Shown here one piece after another: positions 36,373 through 49,000 of a stretch of DNA of 64,000 bases; position 1 is the first letter of the stretch, and every line of letters begins with the position of its first letter. The notes beneath the pieces are model-generated. The model had not been told where the DNA came from. It worked only from the letters and a program-made list of their open reading frames with translations, and searched no databases. The position numbers and the translations under genes are program-made. The DNA is from Tubiluchus corallicola. Its lineage: Eukaryota; Animalia; Priapulida. Location of the stretch: assembly GCA_030141605.1 (NCBI GenBank), contig JAQGDQ010000638.1:1-64000 (forward strand), written 5' to 3'.

Positions 36373-38162
36373 ACAGCTGGTTATAGCATTAATAGCTGAT
36401 GATTCCTTCAAAAAAAATTCCTTCAATAGTGAAATTCGACACACTAAGCACAGTTCTGTAGGCTATGAATACTGCTTTTAAAATGTATTTCATTTTTGTA
36501 TTAGTTTGAGTCAGTTAAACCATACTATACAACCGTTTTTTCCTAGAAATGTCTTCAGCTGTCTGCTACACCATTTTCTTTCTAACAATTCTGCTTCCTT
36601 TGCATAAAATTTAATATTACAACAAAAACCAGGTGGAACCAATTGTTATTTCAAATTATAAATGGCATTAAATAGTTTATAATTTTTTCAATAAAAATGG
36701 CAAAACACGCACTTTTACAATTTTAAACATTCAACCTAAAGATTGTGAAACAGAATCTGTAAGTTTTTGAAGCTTTGAACTTTGTATTATTATCACATTC
36801 AGTACAATATAATGACATTAAGCACATGGTAACATCAAAATTGTTACTTCATAATGTATTAAATTATTATGTTTCATACACAATCGTTATCATAAAAGAT
36901 TAATTGTACTGCAGTGGGCTAGAGAAGCAAAGGCTTGTATAAGCCCACTGTCATGTGAACAAAATCTGCAACGATGAGCCAAAAAAAGTACAAAGGAAAA
37001 GTTATTAATTTTCAATTATTTCATAGAACCGGTATAATAAGATACAATAATTGGCCAAAATTTTTAACTAATCTAAATTTGAAATACACAAATAACACCA
37101 AAGTTATAATATAACAACATTCAATATTGAGAATCATAAAGACCTTTGAAGAAGATTAATTATACACACACACGCGCGCGCGCACACACGCACGCTCACA
37201 CACACGCACGCACCGCACACACACAGGCAACATTTTAGCTGCTCTATGAGTAATAATCTGTAAGTAAATAATAGAATGTAAATGAATTGAATAGCAGATG
37301 TAGAAATTTGCAATCATTTTATTGTATAATGTATACAATGTTCACAGACCATAAATTGAACAAACAGTCATAAAGTTAGCAATATGATATTTAACAGTAG
37401 AAAATTTGCATCCTTTCTTAATGCTGTCTCTAGACCAACTAAAACTTGCATGCCTGAGAGTATTGAGCTGTAATCACATGACCAGAGATTCAAGTTCCTA
37501 CTGGAAGGTACATCACATTCATGCATACAGACCATAAATGGAAAGGTCACCTATACTCTATAGACTACTAGTTAAACCAAAATCAAAGTCTACTTGGCTT
37601 CTTTGATAGCAGAATAAAGATTATTTGCTTACAGAAAGCTGTTATAATTTTTCTCTATTTAAACTTGAATAAGAGAGTTAGAACCAGAATTAAAGCTTGA
37701 AATTAACAATCTAATTACTCTGATTAATGAATATCTATCAAAGCACAAGGAAATAATATTTAGAAACAAAAATGAATCTCTGACAAACTTTGTACAATTA
37801 GAGTAAAAAACGACTGTAGATGGCAGCATAGACTAAATCAGTACCTTAGTGTAGTAGACTGACAATTAAATGGATCATATAATACTACAATCGCGTACTC
37901 GGTACAATAAGCGACAGTATTAATTGAATAATAATAGTGCAATATAAATAACAATATTCTAATTCTATATTTTTCAATAATTTTACAGAACACTGGGATA
38001 AGAATTGGCACAGATTTACTAATTATTAAGCTAATTCACGTAAGATAATTAATAAATTCATAAAAGGACTGAGAATTTTTGATACAAAAACTGTTAGTTG
38101 AAATGTAGCAGTGCTCTCGTGTGGGATGTCACCTTAGTATGCTGTCTACAACCTTTATCTAG

Positions 38163-40142
38163 CTAAAAAAAGGCCAACAATAAAAATACAGCATGTAAAC
38201 GAAAAGGTGACCGATAGCAAGCAGGTCGGAGTGGCTTGAATGGTTTGAGGTAAGAAGATGTTCCTTCATAAATTTCAATAGCAGGTGAAAGATCTATGGC
38301 AACGGGGAGAGCTTTGTAAAACTTCCCGAAATAAACAAGGTTCAAGCGTAGACAGACTTTGTTATACTCGACATTAACTAGGGAAAATGTTTGTGCATTT
38401 CTGCTGATTACATTAGGTGTGGCTCGACAACACGTATGTACAAATTCATCTTTCAGATTGGTTGACAAATGTGTGCCAGCGGAAAAACTAAGACGTGAAT
38501 GGTCAGTCTTGTTTGCAAAAACACGTACAAATCCAGGAAAACAGGTCTTCTCAATGGAAACTTTATTACTGAACTGTTTCAAGACAATCAGATAATCATA
38601 CTCATCAGGAAGACCAATTTTTGTGCCGCACGAGCTGCTCCCCACCAAAACCGGGAAAGAATCAAACTTCCGCTCGATTTCCCCAATTTCCTGGGTGATA
38701 GCTTTCACCACAGAAGACACGTTTTGTGTGACATCGTCATTCTCAGGCGTGTTGGGAAGATTCCCTAGAAATGGTATTTCAAGTACATCTGTGGTTTTTT
38801 GACATTTAGCAATGCCTTTTTCCACAGAAGAATTGAATAATAGCTCAGACTTCCTGTCAGCTGTTTTGTGCAATGCATATCTAGCACTTAATAAGTAGCC
38901 AACTGTTTCTTTATACTCATCGTTGATTGTCAATGTGTTTACTAAGTTAATGTATAGATCCAAAGCTACCTGGCTTTTGTAGTTTTTCTTTTCAAGGTCA
39001 ATGCCATGTTCGACTAAACACTGCACAATGCCACTTCTGCATCCTATGTGTTCAATTGCAGCTACGTGCAGCGGTGTGTTGCCGTCCTTGTTACATATGC
39101 CTGGATCACTTCCGTTGAGCAGCAAAAGTTGAACAAGACCCACATCTCTGTTTTCAATAGCGTAATGTAGGGCTGCCTTACCAAACTTGTCACATTTATT
39201 AATGTGCAATTCTGACTGCTGTCTCTCCCCCCGATCGTTAGAGGGAAAAACGTTCAAGAGATGCTGCAGCAAAACCTCAACAGTTTCCTCATTGCCATCT
39301 TTAACTGCAAATATAAGGACTGTCTGTCCATCTCTGTCTGCAACAGTATAGTCAGCACCACGAGAAAGTAATGTTTGCACAATTTCGTGATGACCACGTG
39401 CAGCTGCGGTCATTAGAGCGGTCACACCAAACACATCGCATTCATTGCAGTCGGCATCGTGTGACAAAAGATAGTCGACAGCTATTTCCACGTTGTGTGC
39501 TGCAGCAAGGATAAGAAGTGTTTGTCCGTTATCCTTATATTTATTCCAACCCCTTCTTGTAGAAATAAGCCAGTGTATTGTTCTTTGTTGCCAATCACCT
39601 GCATCCATTATAGCCCCGTATAACTTGACATCACCAAAACACGCTAGAATGCTTATGGCTTTCTCGTCTGTGTTATCAGCAGCAATCAAAAGTGGAGTCT
39701 TTCCGTCATTGGCTTTGACATTACAGTCAGCACCAAAAACCAGAAATTTTAACATTGCATCATAATTGTTGTCGTATCCAACAGCATACATGAGAGTTGT
39801 ATATCCATCTTTGTTCCTGAAGTTACAGTCAGCATTGCTGGAAAGGAGTAAGTCAACTATTTGTTGATCATTATTTTTAGCAGCGTGTAAAAGTGGAGTA
39901 AATCCATTTCTATCGGCAGCACTACAATCAGCGCCGTAGTCGATTAATGTTGCTACCGTCTCTGTGCTTTCATTCTGCGCGGCAAGTATAAGTGCTGTTT
40001 CCATTTTTTTGGTTCTAGCATTGCAGTCCACACCGCTACTGAGCAAAAGCTGCACTGTTCGAGTGTCTCCATTTTCAGCTGCTTGCATAAGATTCATATT
40101 CTTAAATTCGGAAACCGATTCATTCATACCAAACACATCCAT
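38163..40142 (-). CDS. Ankyrin-repeat protein fused to a cGAS/Mab21-like (cGLR) nucleotidyltransferase core, apparently C-terminally truncated
   Basis: 659-aa intronless ORF: about 11 ankyrin repeats (TPLL.AA/TALH motifs), then VLVGSSSCGTKIGLPDEYDYLIVL (hGS...DEhD) and AIDLSPAI (third Asp). The ORF ends about 40 aa later. Confidence 0.85.
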   Translation of the reverse strand: MDVFGMNESVSEFKNMNLMQAAENGDTRTVQLLLSSGVDCNARTKKMETALILAAQNESTETVATLIDYGADCSAADRNGFTPLLHAAKNNDQQIVDLLLSSNADCNFRNKDGYTTLMYAVGYDNNYDAMLKFLVFGADCNVKANDGKTPLLIAADNTDEKAISILACFGDVKLYGAIMDAGDWQQRTIHWLISTRRGWNKYKDNGQTLLILAAAHNVEIAVDYLLSHDADCNECDVFGVTALMTAAARGHHEIVQTLLSRGADYTVADRDGQTVLIFAVKDGNEETVEVLLQHLLNVFPSNDRGERQQSELHINKCDKFGKAALHYAIENRDVGLVQLLLLNGSDPGICNKDGNTPLHVAAIEHIGCRSGIVQCLVEHGIDLEKKNYKSQVALDLYINLVNTLTINDEYKETVGYLLSARYALHKTADRKSELLFNSSVEKGIAKCQKTTDVLEIPFLGNLPNTPENDDVTQNVSSVVKAITQEIGEIERKFDSFPVLVGSSSCGTKIGLPDEYDYLIVLKQFSNKVSIEKTCFPGFVRVFANKTDHSRLSFSAGTHLSTNLKDEFVHTCCRATPNVISRNAQTFSLVNVEYNKVCLRLNLVYFGKFYKALPVAIDLSPAIEIYEGTSSYLKPFKPLRPACYRSPFRLHAVFLLLAFF

Positions 40143-42050
40143 CTGATCAAAGTCATATCATCTACCATATGCCGTACATGGTCGCTGATGGCACTGTCCT
40201 TAAAAAATGAATAAACAACAAATCACTTTTTAAATCTTACAGTCATCATTGTTCTCACAGTCATCACAGCCAGCCTTTTACAATATTGAATTCATTACAA
40301 ATAAAACTGTAAGTACAGCAAAACTCTTTATGCCGCCCATTTTGGGAATGCACCAAAGAGCGAGTCTGACATTATATAATATTACGTACATGTCAATGCA
40401 CGTAATTGTAGACGTTTTGTTTCGCCTAGGTGTTAAAAATGTTTGCATTACAACATGGATGGGGGATTAATCGTATTTACGAAGCAAAAACTGGGCAAGT
40501 CTAAAGGAAAATCATCTGAGAAATCACTGCATCGAATCTCCGTGCCCACACTCTGCACAGTGACTTTTCACTCTGCTATTTTAAAAATTTTAATAAGGTC
40601 TATAAAATAAAGAAGCCCTTAGTTCTGGTCGAGAAGAATAATGTCACTTACGTCAACACAAAATCACAGAGAAAAAAAACATTGCCGAGTTATCAGAAAT
40701 TTTGACGCTCTGCAGTTTGTTACTATAGTCTGTATCTTGTTTAGGCGTAGATATCACCATTTGCTAAACGTATTAAATGTACCTTAACCGTTGGGGGTCA
40801 AACTTCGCATTATGTTAGAAATAAAGCCGTTTAGGTACTACAGCTACCCCTTGATTTTTCGGCGAGTTAAAATGCACAACGGGCCTGGAATAATAATGAA
40901 AATCTGTCTTACATTTAAAGGACTCCAAAAATTTAAACTTTTAGATCAAGTCTACTTGATCTTAGATCAAGCTTGCTTGAAATAAACACAGGAATTTCAA
41001 ATCTTTCAACTGCATAGGAAGAAAATATTCTTCTCTGTAGTATAAACAGGTTGATCAAACGAATATCGTGTATGGGAATATTATTACCCCACCAAGTTTA
41101 TAATAGCTGTTAATGTTATTAATAAAACTTGGTGTACTGCAGCTACGCTTGCCTGCGCACCAAAGGTATAACATATATGTGCATCAACTAAAACAGAACG
41201 ATAATTAAAAGCTGATTAACTAACCAGATTTCATAAAACTCCAACAACGAAGCAAATCCAAGATGGAAAGACAGTTGAGAAATCGGGAGGAGAAAAATCG
41301 TTTTTTTCAGGACCGCACCAACGGCCAATGGGAGAAAGGGTCGCCTGGATGAGAAGAAACTGGAAGCTTATAACTGCAAAAAAGCACGTATGCACGACAA
41401 ATGCTATAGATAAAATTCATTTTGTGCAGAAATTTCGAAAATTCCAAACTTTGTTGAAGAAAATGAATGCCACCTCCGAAAAAATAGTTCCACACGGCTG
41501 CAGCTGTCATAGCAGGGCAACAAGGGTGAACAAGCAAACAAACATCCAAACGATATTAATTTGCTACTAGCAACACTCAAATATTGTGAAGAAATTATGC
41601 CTGACTTTAAATGTTAGGTTTTCCTTTTTTCTTAGCTCTTTATTATCATTAGTCAGGACTAACAAAACGGTTGCTTTTTCAGTTATTTTCCTGTCTGACA
41701 TCTTTATCTGTAATTTATTTCCTTTTTTTGAATTTTGGCACTGCATAAGCAGACTTGCATCATTCAAATGCCATTCCAACCCTGTGTGTGTGTGTGTGGC
41801 AGGACAGAAATCTATTGTATTATCAATGGAAACACTTCAAAATAAAACAGTGCACCGGCACAAAACGACTAAATTTTAATTGTTCAGCAAAGTTACACGT
41901 CATTTGTGAGTTTATTCTGGCCCATTTTACATCTCATTTCTAAATTAATGGAAAACTTAATTATGGTTATTATCTTTCCAATTAGCTTTGATTCATATTT
42001 TAAGCAAATAATTTTTACAGAATTCTGTACTAGCTTTTTTGCGACTCACG

Positions 42051-42809
42051 TAGGGTTGCCAGGTTAGAAAGTTACAAATATGGGACACCTAAAATCTCTA
42101 TCTATACCATTACATATTTTTTCATTTTTGATTTATTGACCCGTTAAGGAAAGTAATTACAAAAGACAATTACATAATTACAATTACACGTTTTTATAGA
42201 TTTATACATGCTTACACACCCAGACTTAATATATTATATAAAAGTGGAGACATAAGTTAAAAACATGAATCAAGTTGCAAACAGACAGCAAACATGTCAG
42301 TTTTGTGTAAACTTCGACCTTCACTAGTTTCCTCGTTACATTTGAGTTATTTTTACCAAGAGAATCTGAGAAAAGAAAGTTTAGTTGCCTATAAAGTTAC
42401 AACTAAGATCTGTAAGAAGGTAATTGTATATTTTTATTACGAAATTTGAAAATGAACTTCCGCTCAATTTCCTGGGTGATAGCTTTCACCGCAGAAGACA
42501 GGTTTTGTGTGACTTCGTCATTCTTAGGAGTTTTGGGAAGATTCCCTAGAAATGGTATTTCAAGTACATCTGTGGTTTTTTGACATTTAGCAATGCCTTT
42601 TTCCACAGAAGAAATGAGTATTTGCCCAGACTTCCTGTCAGCTGTTTTGTGCAATGCATATCTAGCACTTAATAAGTAGCCAACCGTTTCTTTATACTCA
42701 TCATTGATTGTCAATGTGTTTACTAAGTTAATGTATAGATACTAAATACAGGACATTTCGGTGTCCCTGAAAAGTCAGTCCCACATATTACGGACGTGTG
42801 GGAATCCTA
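42051..42809. mobile_element. Non-autonomous hAT-like TIR element carrying a host gene fragment
   Basis: TAGGGTTGCCA...TGGGAATCCTA (9/11 TIR match), flanked by CTCACG/CTCACA; subterminal AAATA..GGAC-type repeats. Confidence 0.65.
42455..42740 (-). pseudogene. Duplicated fragment of the ankyrin-NTase gene
   Basis: Colinear with 38665-38959, with a 9-nt deletion and scattered substitutions; ORF 42403..42714 repeats TINDEYKETVGYLLSARYALHK... Confidence 0.92.
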
Positions 42810-44382
42810 CTCACATGACATGTAAACGAATTTTAAAATGATGTAGTAAGCTTAGAAATTATTTTGAAAATTATATTAAAAAACAAACTTCACAAAAGCG
42901 AACTACCTTTGGCTTTTTTTGCAAAATGGATTTTGTAGTTTATTGTTAAATGTGTCTTTAGTCTTAAGTGTAGTTTAGTCTGTAAAACTATTTCTTTTTT
43001 TTGTATAAAACTTTGATGAAATACAATTTTTGGTATTAAAAATTAAAGAAGCAATTCAACAGTAGGTATGCAAAACAGAAATTAAATTTATTACTGAAGA
43101 TTTATACAGAAATAAATTATAACTATAGTTTATTGATATGAGCAATAAGAAGCTACAATTACTGTATCTAAAGTCAAGGCTTGCTGCTAGCTATGCTAAT
43201 AGCTTGTGCCACAAAATATAGATATTGGTGAAATAATGTGAGTGGTGGTTATTTCATCAACAATGTGCAAAAATTTCTGACATCTAAATTCACAGGTGCC
43301 TCCAAAGATGTTCCTAGAATTTATATTTTCTTTACAAGTCCTGAGGCAGCTGCGTAGCAAGTGATTATTTACAAATAGAACATTTAATAGTTAGGAAGCT
43401 AAACTTTCTTGTGAAAGTCTTACAGCAACATTGAGATGTAAGAACTCAGATGTTTCAGAAACACAATAAACTTTAAAAAACATCATCTGCTTATCGTAAG
43501 ACACTTATTATAGTGTTCCGCAAATCACAATTTCATTTGGTTTAAACAATAGTATACGCACGTTTTGCACCTAATCTTGCATACAAGTGCTGCCATCTTT
43601 AGTAAAAACTGTTAACAAAAACATTCTATTATTAGGTTCTCACTATTTTTTTGAAAAGAGTTGCAACTTCGCAGATAGGCACTTTAGAAACTCAAACGTA
43701 AAACAAAACACTGTATGCGGTCAGATCACAGTAATCACAAGCAGCGACGTTCAGTAAATGAATATTGATTGATTAAGAACAAATAACATCAATAAATCTA
43801 TTATTTGTTGAACAAGAGTAATAGCAAGTTTTCAACAAACATACTGTTAAATTATTTACACAACAAGATGAGATAACAAACATCACAAAAAAATCATAAC
43901 TTGTGGGCGGAGTTTAGCACTAGAAGTGAACTCATTGGACGGTAACATCGTTCAATTACAATTGGATGGATCATAATAGTGGGCGGAGCTTGAACCGCTT
44001 GAGAGTAAACAATGGACGGTATGCAGCTGTTTAAATCTAATTTTTTTTAGATCTTAGAAAAACTGTCTTTAACAGCATATAAATCACTACTATGATAAAG
44101 ACCTATTACTAATTTACCAAAGTGTCACTCTTAGTATAAAGGAAAGTAACAGTCAGCACACATTTAAGCAAAGATTTGGCTTTTATTGAGACAAAAATAT
44201 CTGCAATGTTTTGGCCAGTTGTTGGTGAAAATGCTGCAGACGTTTGTGTGTGAATAAAAACCACATGTTTGCCTAAGTGGGTGCCGACTGTTATTCTCAT
44301 TTCAGGAATTCATTTTCCCCCATCACCAAATTATTAAAAATGTAACGCACTACGTAATAGGATCAACGAACAACTTCTAAAA

Positions 44383-44788
44383 CAGGGGTGTGCAAACTGC
44401 GGCCCGCCGAGAGATCTTGTGCGACCCATGAAGAGGTTTGTCAATGTAATGAAAGTGCGGCCCACGCGATCCAGCTGAAGTCTGCGCCAATATCGCAAAG
44501 ATAGTGCGGGTAGTTTTTTCCTCTAGATCAGATGGCATTAACCCTTACAAGACCGTTATCACTTAATGTCACTGTCGGACGTGACGAAATATATGATTTT
44601 AATATAAATTTTAATAACTTCTAAAATAGTTTCTTGAGTGTAGTAGTAATGATGTGCGCAGGTCAAATGCAAAAAAATCGTTATCAGGTCCTACTGTACT
44701 TGACTCGTTGACCAAACTGCTAGTGGTCCACAGGAATTGCGGGAGTGTTTAATGTGGCCCGGCTAGTCAGATAATGTGCGCACCCCTG
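44383..44788. mobile_element. hAT MITE, same family as 18181-18680
   Basis: CAGGGGTGTGCA...TGCGCACCCCTG; degenerate TSD TTCTAAAA/ATCTACAA. Confidence 0.85.
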
Positions 44789-45180
44789 ATCTACAAAATT
44801 CACAATGTTCACATAAGCAAAATTGATCCTGTTCTGTTACAAGTTCTGTCATGAGAGTTCGTGCCCACATTAGAACACAATATTCAACAGTAAAATAGAA
44901 CTGTAGGTAAAATGTAAAACAGCAAATGTATCAAGTTCTGTATGCACCGATAAAGAAATATTTACAGGCACTTTATATAGTTCCATATTATAGGTGTAAT
45001 AATAGAGTTTTTACATCTTAAACTAATTACAACGGGCGGAATATGTTACTACAATGGGTGGAATATGTTACTACAATGGGTGGAATATGTTACTACAAAA
45101 GTGCGGAATATGTTACCAAAAGGCAGAATAACAAGACCTGACCAGTTGTTTAACTAGGATTTAATGGCAATTTTTCAGTA

Positions 45181-45841
45181 GTGAGTTTGGTCACCATAAA
45201 AACTGATTATACAGCTTACAGAAACATTACAAGTGTTTCAAATGTTACAAACTGGAACAACCTAAACTTTAGCCGGGCGGTTTATCGAGTTTGGTGACCA
45301 TAAAAACTGATTATACAGTTTACAGAAGCATTGCAAGTGTTTCAAATGTTACAAACTGGAACAATCTAAACTTTAGTGAGTTTGGTCACCATAAAAACTG
45401 ATTATACAGTTTACAGAAGCATTGCAAGTGTTTCAAATGTTACAAACTGGAACAACCTAAACTTTAGTGAGTTTGGTCACCATAAAAACTGATTAGACAG
45501 TTTACAGAAACATTACAAGTGTTTCAAATGTTACAAACTGGACCAAACTAAACTTTAGCCGGGCGGTTTATGAGTTTGGTCACCATCAAAACTGATTATA
45601 CAGTTTACAGAAGCATTGCAAGTGTTTCAAATGTTACTAACTGGAACAACCGAAACTTTAGTGAGTTTGGTCACCATAAAAACTGATTAGACAGTTTACA
45701 GAAACATTACAAGTGTTTCAAATGTTACAAATTAGAACAACCTAAACTTTAGTGAGTTTGGTCACCATAAAAACTGATTAGACAGTTTACAGAAGCATTG
45801 CAAGTGTTTCAAATGTTACAAACTGGACCAAACTAAACTTT
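45181..45841. repeat. Tandem repeat of about 91 bp, 7 copies
   Basis: GAGTTTGGTCACCATAAAAACTGATT recurs 7 times; two junctions carry an extra CCGGGCGGTTTA. Preceded by about four 23-bp units at 45028-45117. Confidence 0.93.
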
Positions 45842-46092
45842 CTGCATTTGAGAAAATAATGTAGACATTTCACATTTGCCTAGCAACAGTAACTAAGGAA
45901 GCGAAGCACATCAGTGAGCCATTTCAGACAATGCCATAATTTCGTTTATTGCATTTTTAATGAGATTATCAAATGTGCAGCAAAAATTTCAATCCTGCTG
46001 TGTATGACACCAGAATACGTCACCATTGGTTGAGAAGCATCGCTGCTGCCATCTATTATGAGAATGAAGTAACAAAACTAGTAAATGTTCTT

Positions 46093-49000
46093 TCATTCTT
46101 TTGAGATCGTTGAATCGCCGTCGCTGGACGAGGTTTGCCAGGTGGCGCTAGTGAGGCGGTTGTTTGGACCGTACCGAGGAAAGTCGTTGGGTGACATGCG
46201 AGAAAATTCATGTTGTTTTAGCAATAAACCCTAAAAAAACAACAACAAATACATTAACCAACACGTGTTTGATGAATTTGACAACATGTCAAAAACGAGA
46301 TTGCCACCTTAATATTGATTCTAAGGATGATACATAGCTGAGTGGTCACGGTGTGAGCTACACCACGTAAAGCAGGAACAGCAAAACGGACAAAATCTGT
46401 TATCAGGCACATTTATCTGCCAAATTCATGTGTTCAACTTCGTCTATTTTGCCACATTCATGCGTTCAACTTCGTCTATTTTGACTCTCTACATTTTTAA
46501 ATCTGTAGAAGCTGAAAAACTTAGTAATGAGTTACTGTAATTGGTTGTGTAAGTTAAAAATACAAGTAAACTAACTACAAAACACTCATTTAAAAATGTT
46601 TCAAAACTTCAAAAAAGAAATGCAGCACAATCATTTCTTATATATATATATATATATATGTGTATATATAATTATTAATAGCAATGTATAATAATTAATA
46701 ATAATAAAAATGTTATAAATATGTATAGATATTAATACATATTTATAATATTTTTATTATTATTAATAATTATATCTATATATTAATATTCTTGGTATAT
46801 ATATAAGATTCGAGGCTACAGCCCGAACGAGGGCACCATTTGCGGCGATCTATATATCAAACAAAAGGTCTCGATCTAGTGTCGTGCCATTGGGGGTTTA
46901 TTTTTCGAATCGGGCCCACCGCGAGGAAGGGGGGCGAAAAACCTCCAAAAATGGCCATTTTTCGGCCGTTTTTTGCAAAAGTTATACGGCTGAGATGTAG
47001 AGAACGAGAACGGGCCGAGGGGGGTGCTGGGTATGGATAGATAGCCCGTTCAGCGGTGGGTGCAGTAGTTATTTATTAATTTTCTGGCTCAGCAAATGTT
47101 ATCAGCTTGCAATAAGTGACATTTATAATAAAGAGCAACACAGTCGATTTCACGCCTTGCTTTGTAAATGTGATGCTCACTTCAAGCCATTCAGCGGGCA
47201 AAGAGATGGAAATGTAAAGGTTCTAAGTGGTGAAAATTAGTTCCTAAAGTCAATGTAATTAAGTTATCATGACTGTGGACGTACAAAGTCATTAATGCAA
47301 GACGTCAGTGCAAGAAGAGTAATCAGTTACCTCTCTCAAATGTGACAGCTGCTGTAAAATGAGATCCTGTCGCTCGGTTGGTCGTGTCTGGAATAGTTCT
47401 GGATGCAGTAACGCATTCTGAAAGCATTACACAATTCATTAGTTCCAGTCCAAAAATGAAAAAATAACAATTTGCTGTAATATAACTACAACTATAACTA
47501 TAACTACACAATACATACTCGCAGACAAAAGATGTACGTTGTAAGAATCAAATATTTACACAAAGATAAAGATTTTATTGAATGTTTGATATGTACAGTG
47601 TTCCCTCACCGATCGCGGGTGTTCCGTTCCAGGCCCACCCACGATAAGCGAATTTCCACGAAGTAAAGACGCTATATTTATTTTAGTAGTTATACCATAT
47701 TTTAAGTCTTTATAAACCCTCCCCACACTCTTATACATAACCCTTTCCCATTCCATTAATAACTTTTCCCATACTGTACATGTACCTTTTAAAAAACTTT
47801 ACTTAAATGTTCATAAAAATGTTTTAAACTCTTAAACCTTGTAGCATCTCAAGTGGGCGCAAGTACTACATTTCATTTTTGGTGTGTATTCATGCACCGA
47901 ATAAATACACTATTTACTGTAAATGGTAATTTTTTATGATTTATAATATTCTTTCAATGTTACAATTAATATTTTTAATATTTTTTATACATTTTGTGAC
48001 TTTTTATGAAAAATTCATCAAATCTATACATTACTGTACAATACGTACTACAGATGTGAAAAATACTTTAGATGGAGTACCGCAAAACAGTGAAAATACC
48101 GGGATAAATGTTTCACATTAATATTTTTCAAACCCGCGAAACAGCGAGTCCGCGATAAACGAACCGCGAAGTAGCGAGGAACACTGTACAGTTCGTGTAC
48201 TAACCAAAACCATTCATGTCAAGACCCCCCCCCAATGACACTATACTGTTCCTAGTAAAAAAACTTTTCAACTGGGCGGAGTTTATAGTTTTGAAAAAAA
48301 TGAGCCTCTCTCTCAGTAAGAAGTGAGAAGCTTTAATTAAAAAATTATTTCATATAAAATCAAAAACATTCAGGGATATTTTCAAATCAATAAAATAATT
48401 GAATAAATGATACTATTGCAATTTCTGCAATTAACACCGAACTGTCCACAATTTCTTAATGTTAAATTTCATATAGCTAAATTTCGATTCAAGAAACATT
48501 TCTGTTTAATTCTATTCAGATGCGAGATGCCAAACTTTAACTTTGCATTCAAGTTCAAATTCAGAGGTATTACATTCTGTTCAACTGAACTCCGAGTTCT
48601 AATAGCAGGTCACAGTTTCTCTTTACCAGGATAACACAAGCATAAGATTGACTACTATATCGAATCAAGGTGAAAATCTCATCATTATCTAATCCACCTG
48701 TATAACACTTATACTTATAGGCAGTTATAGGTATATACTTATACTTATTACAACTTCCAACATGTGGAAGTTGTAATTTGTTGGAAGTTGTAATTGTACA
48801 TTTTTTAGGTGCTGCCATCTATGAACTTATCCTGTTACATTTTACTAGCTAAACTCACCACCAGTATAATTGTACGGTCCAGCGAATGCATATTCACTGG
48901 ATCTCTCCCTATTTTACAGTAATGGTTTTTGTGAAGCCAAGTTTGCATAATCACCTATACCTATATATACTGACTGGATTTACTTTCTGGTCACTGTCTA

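Noticed and set aside
40990-41570. Possible decayed LINE or coding relic upstream of the ankyrin-NTase gene
   Set aside because: No motif I could identify with confidence.
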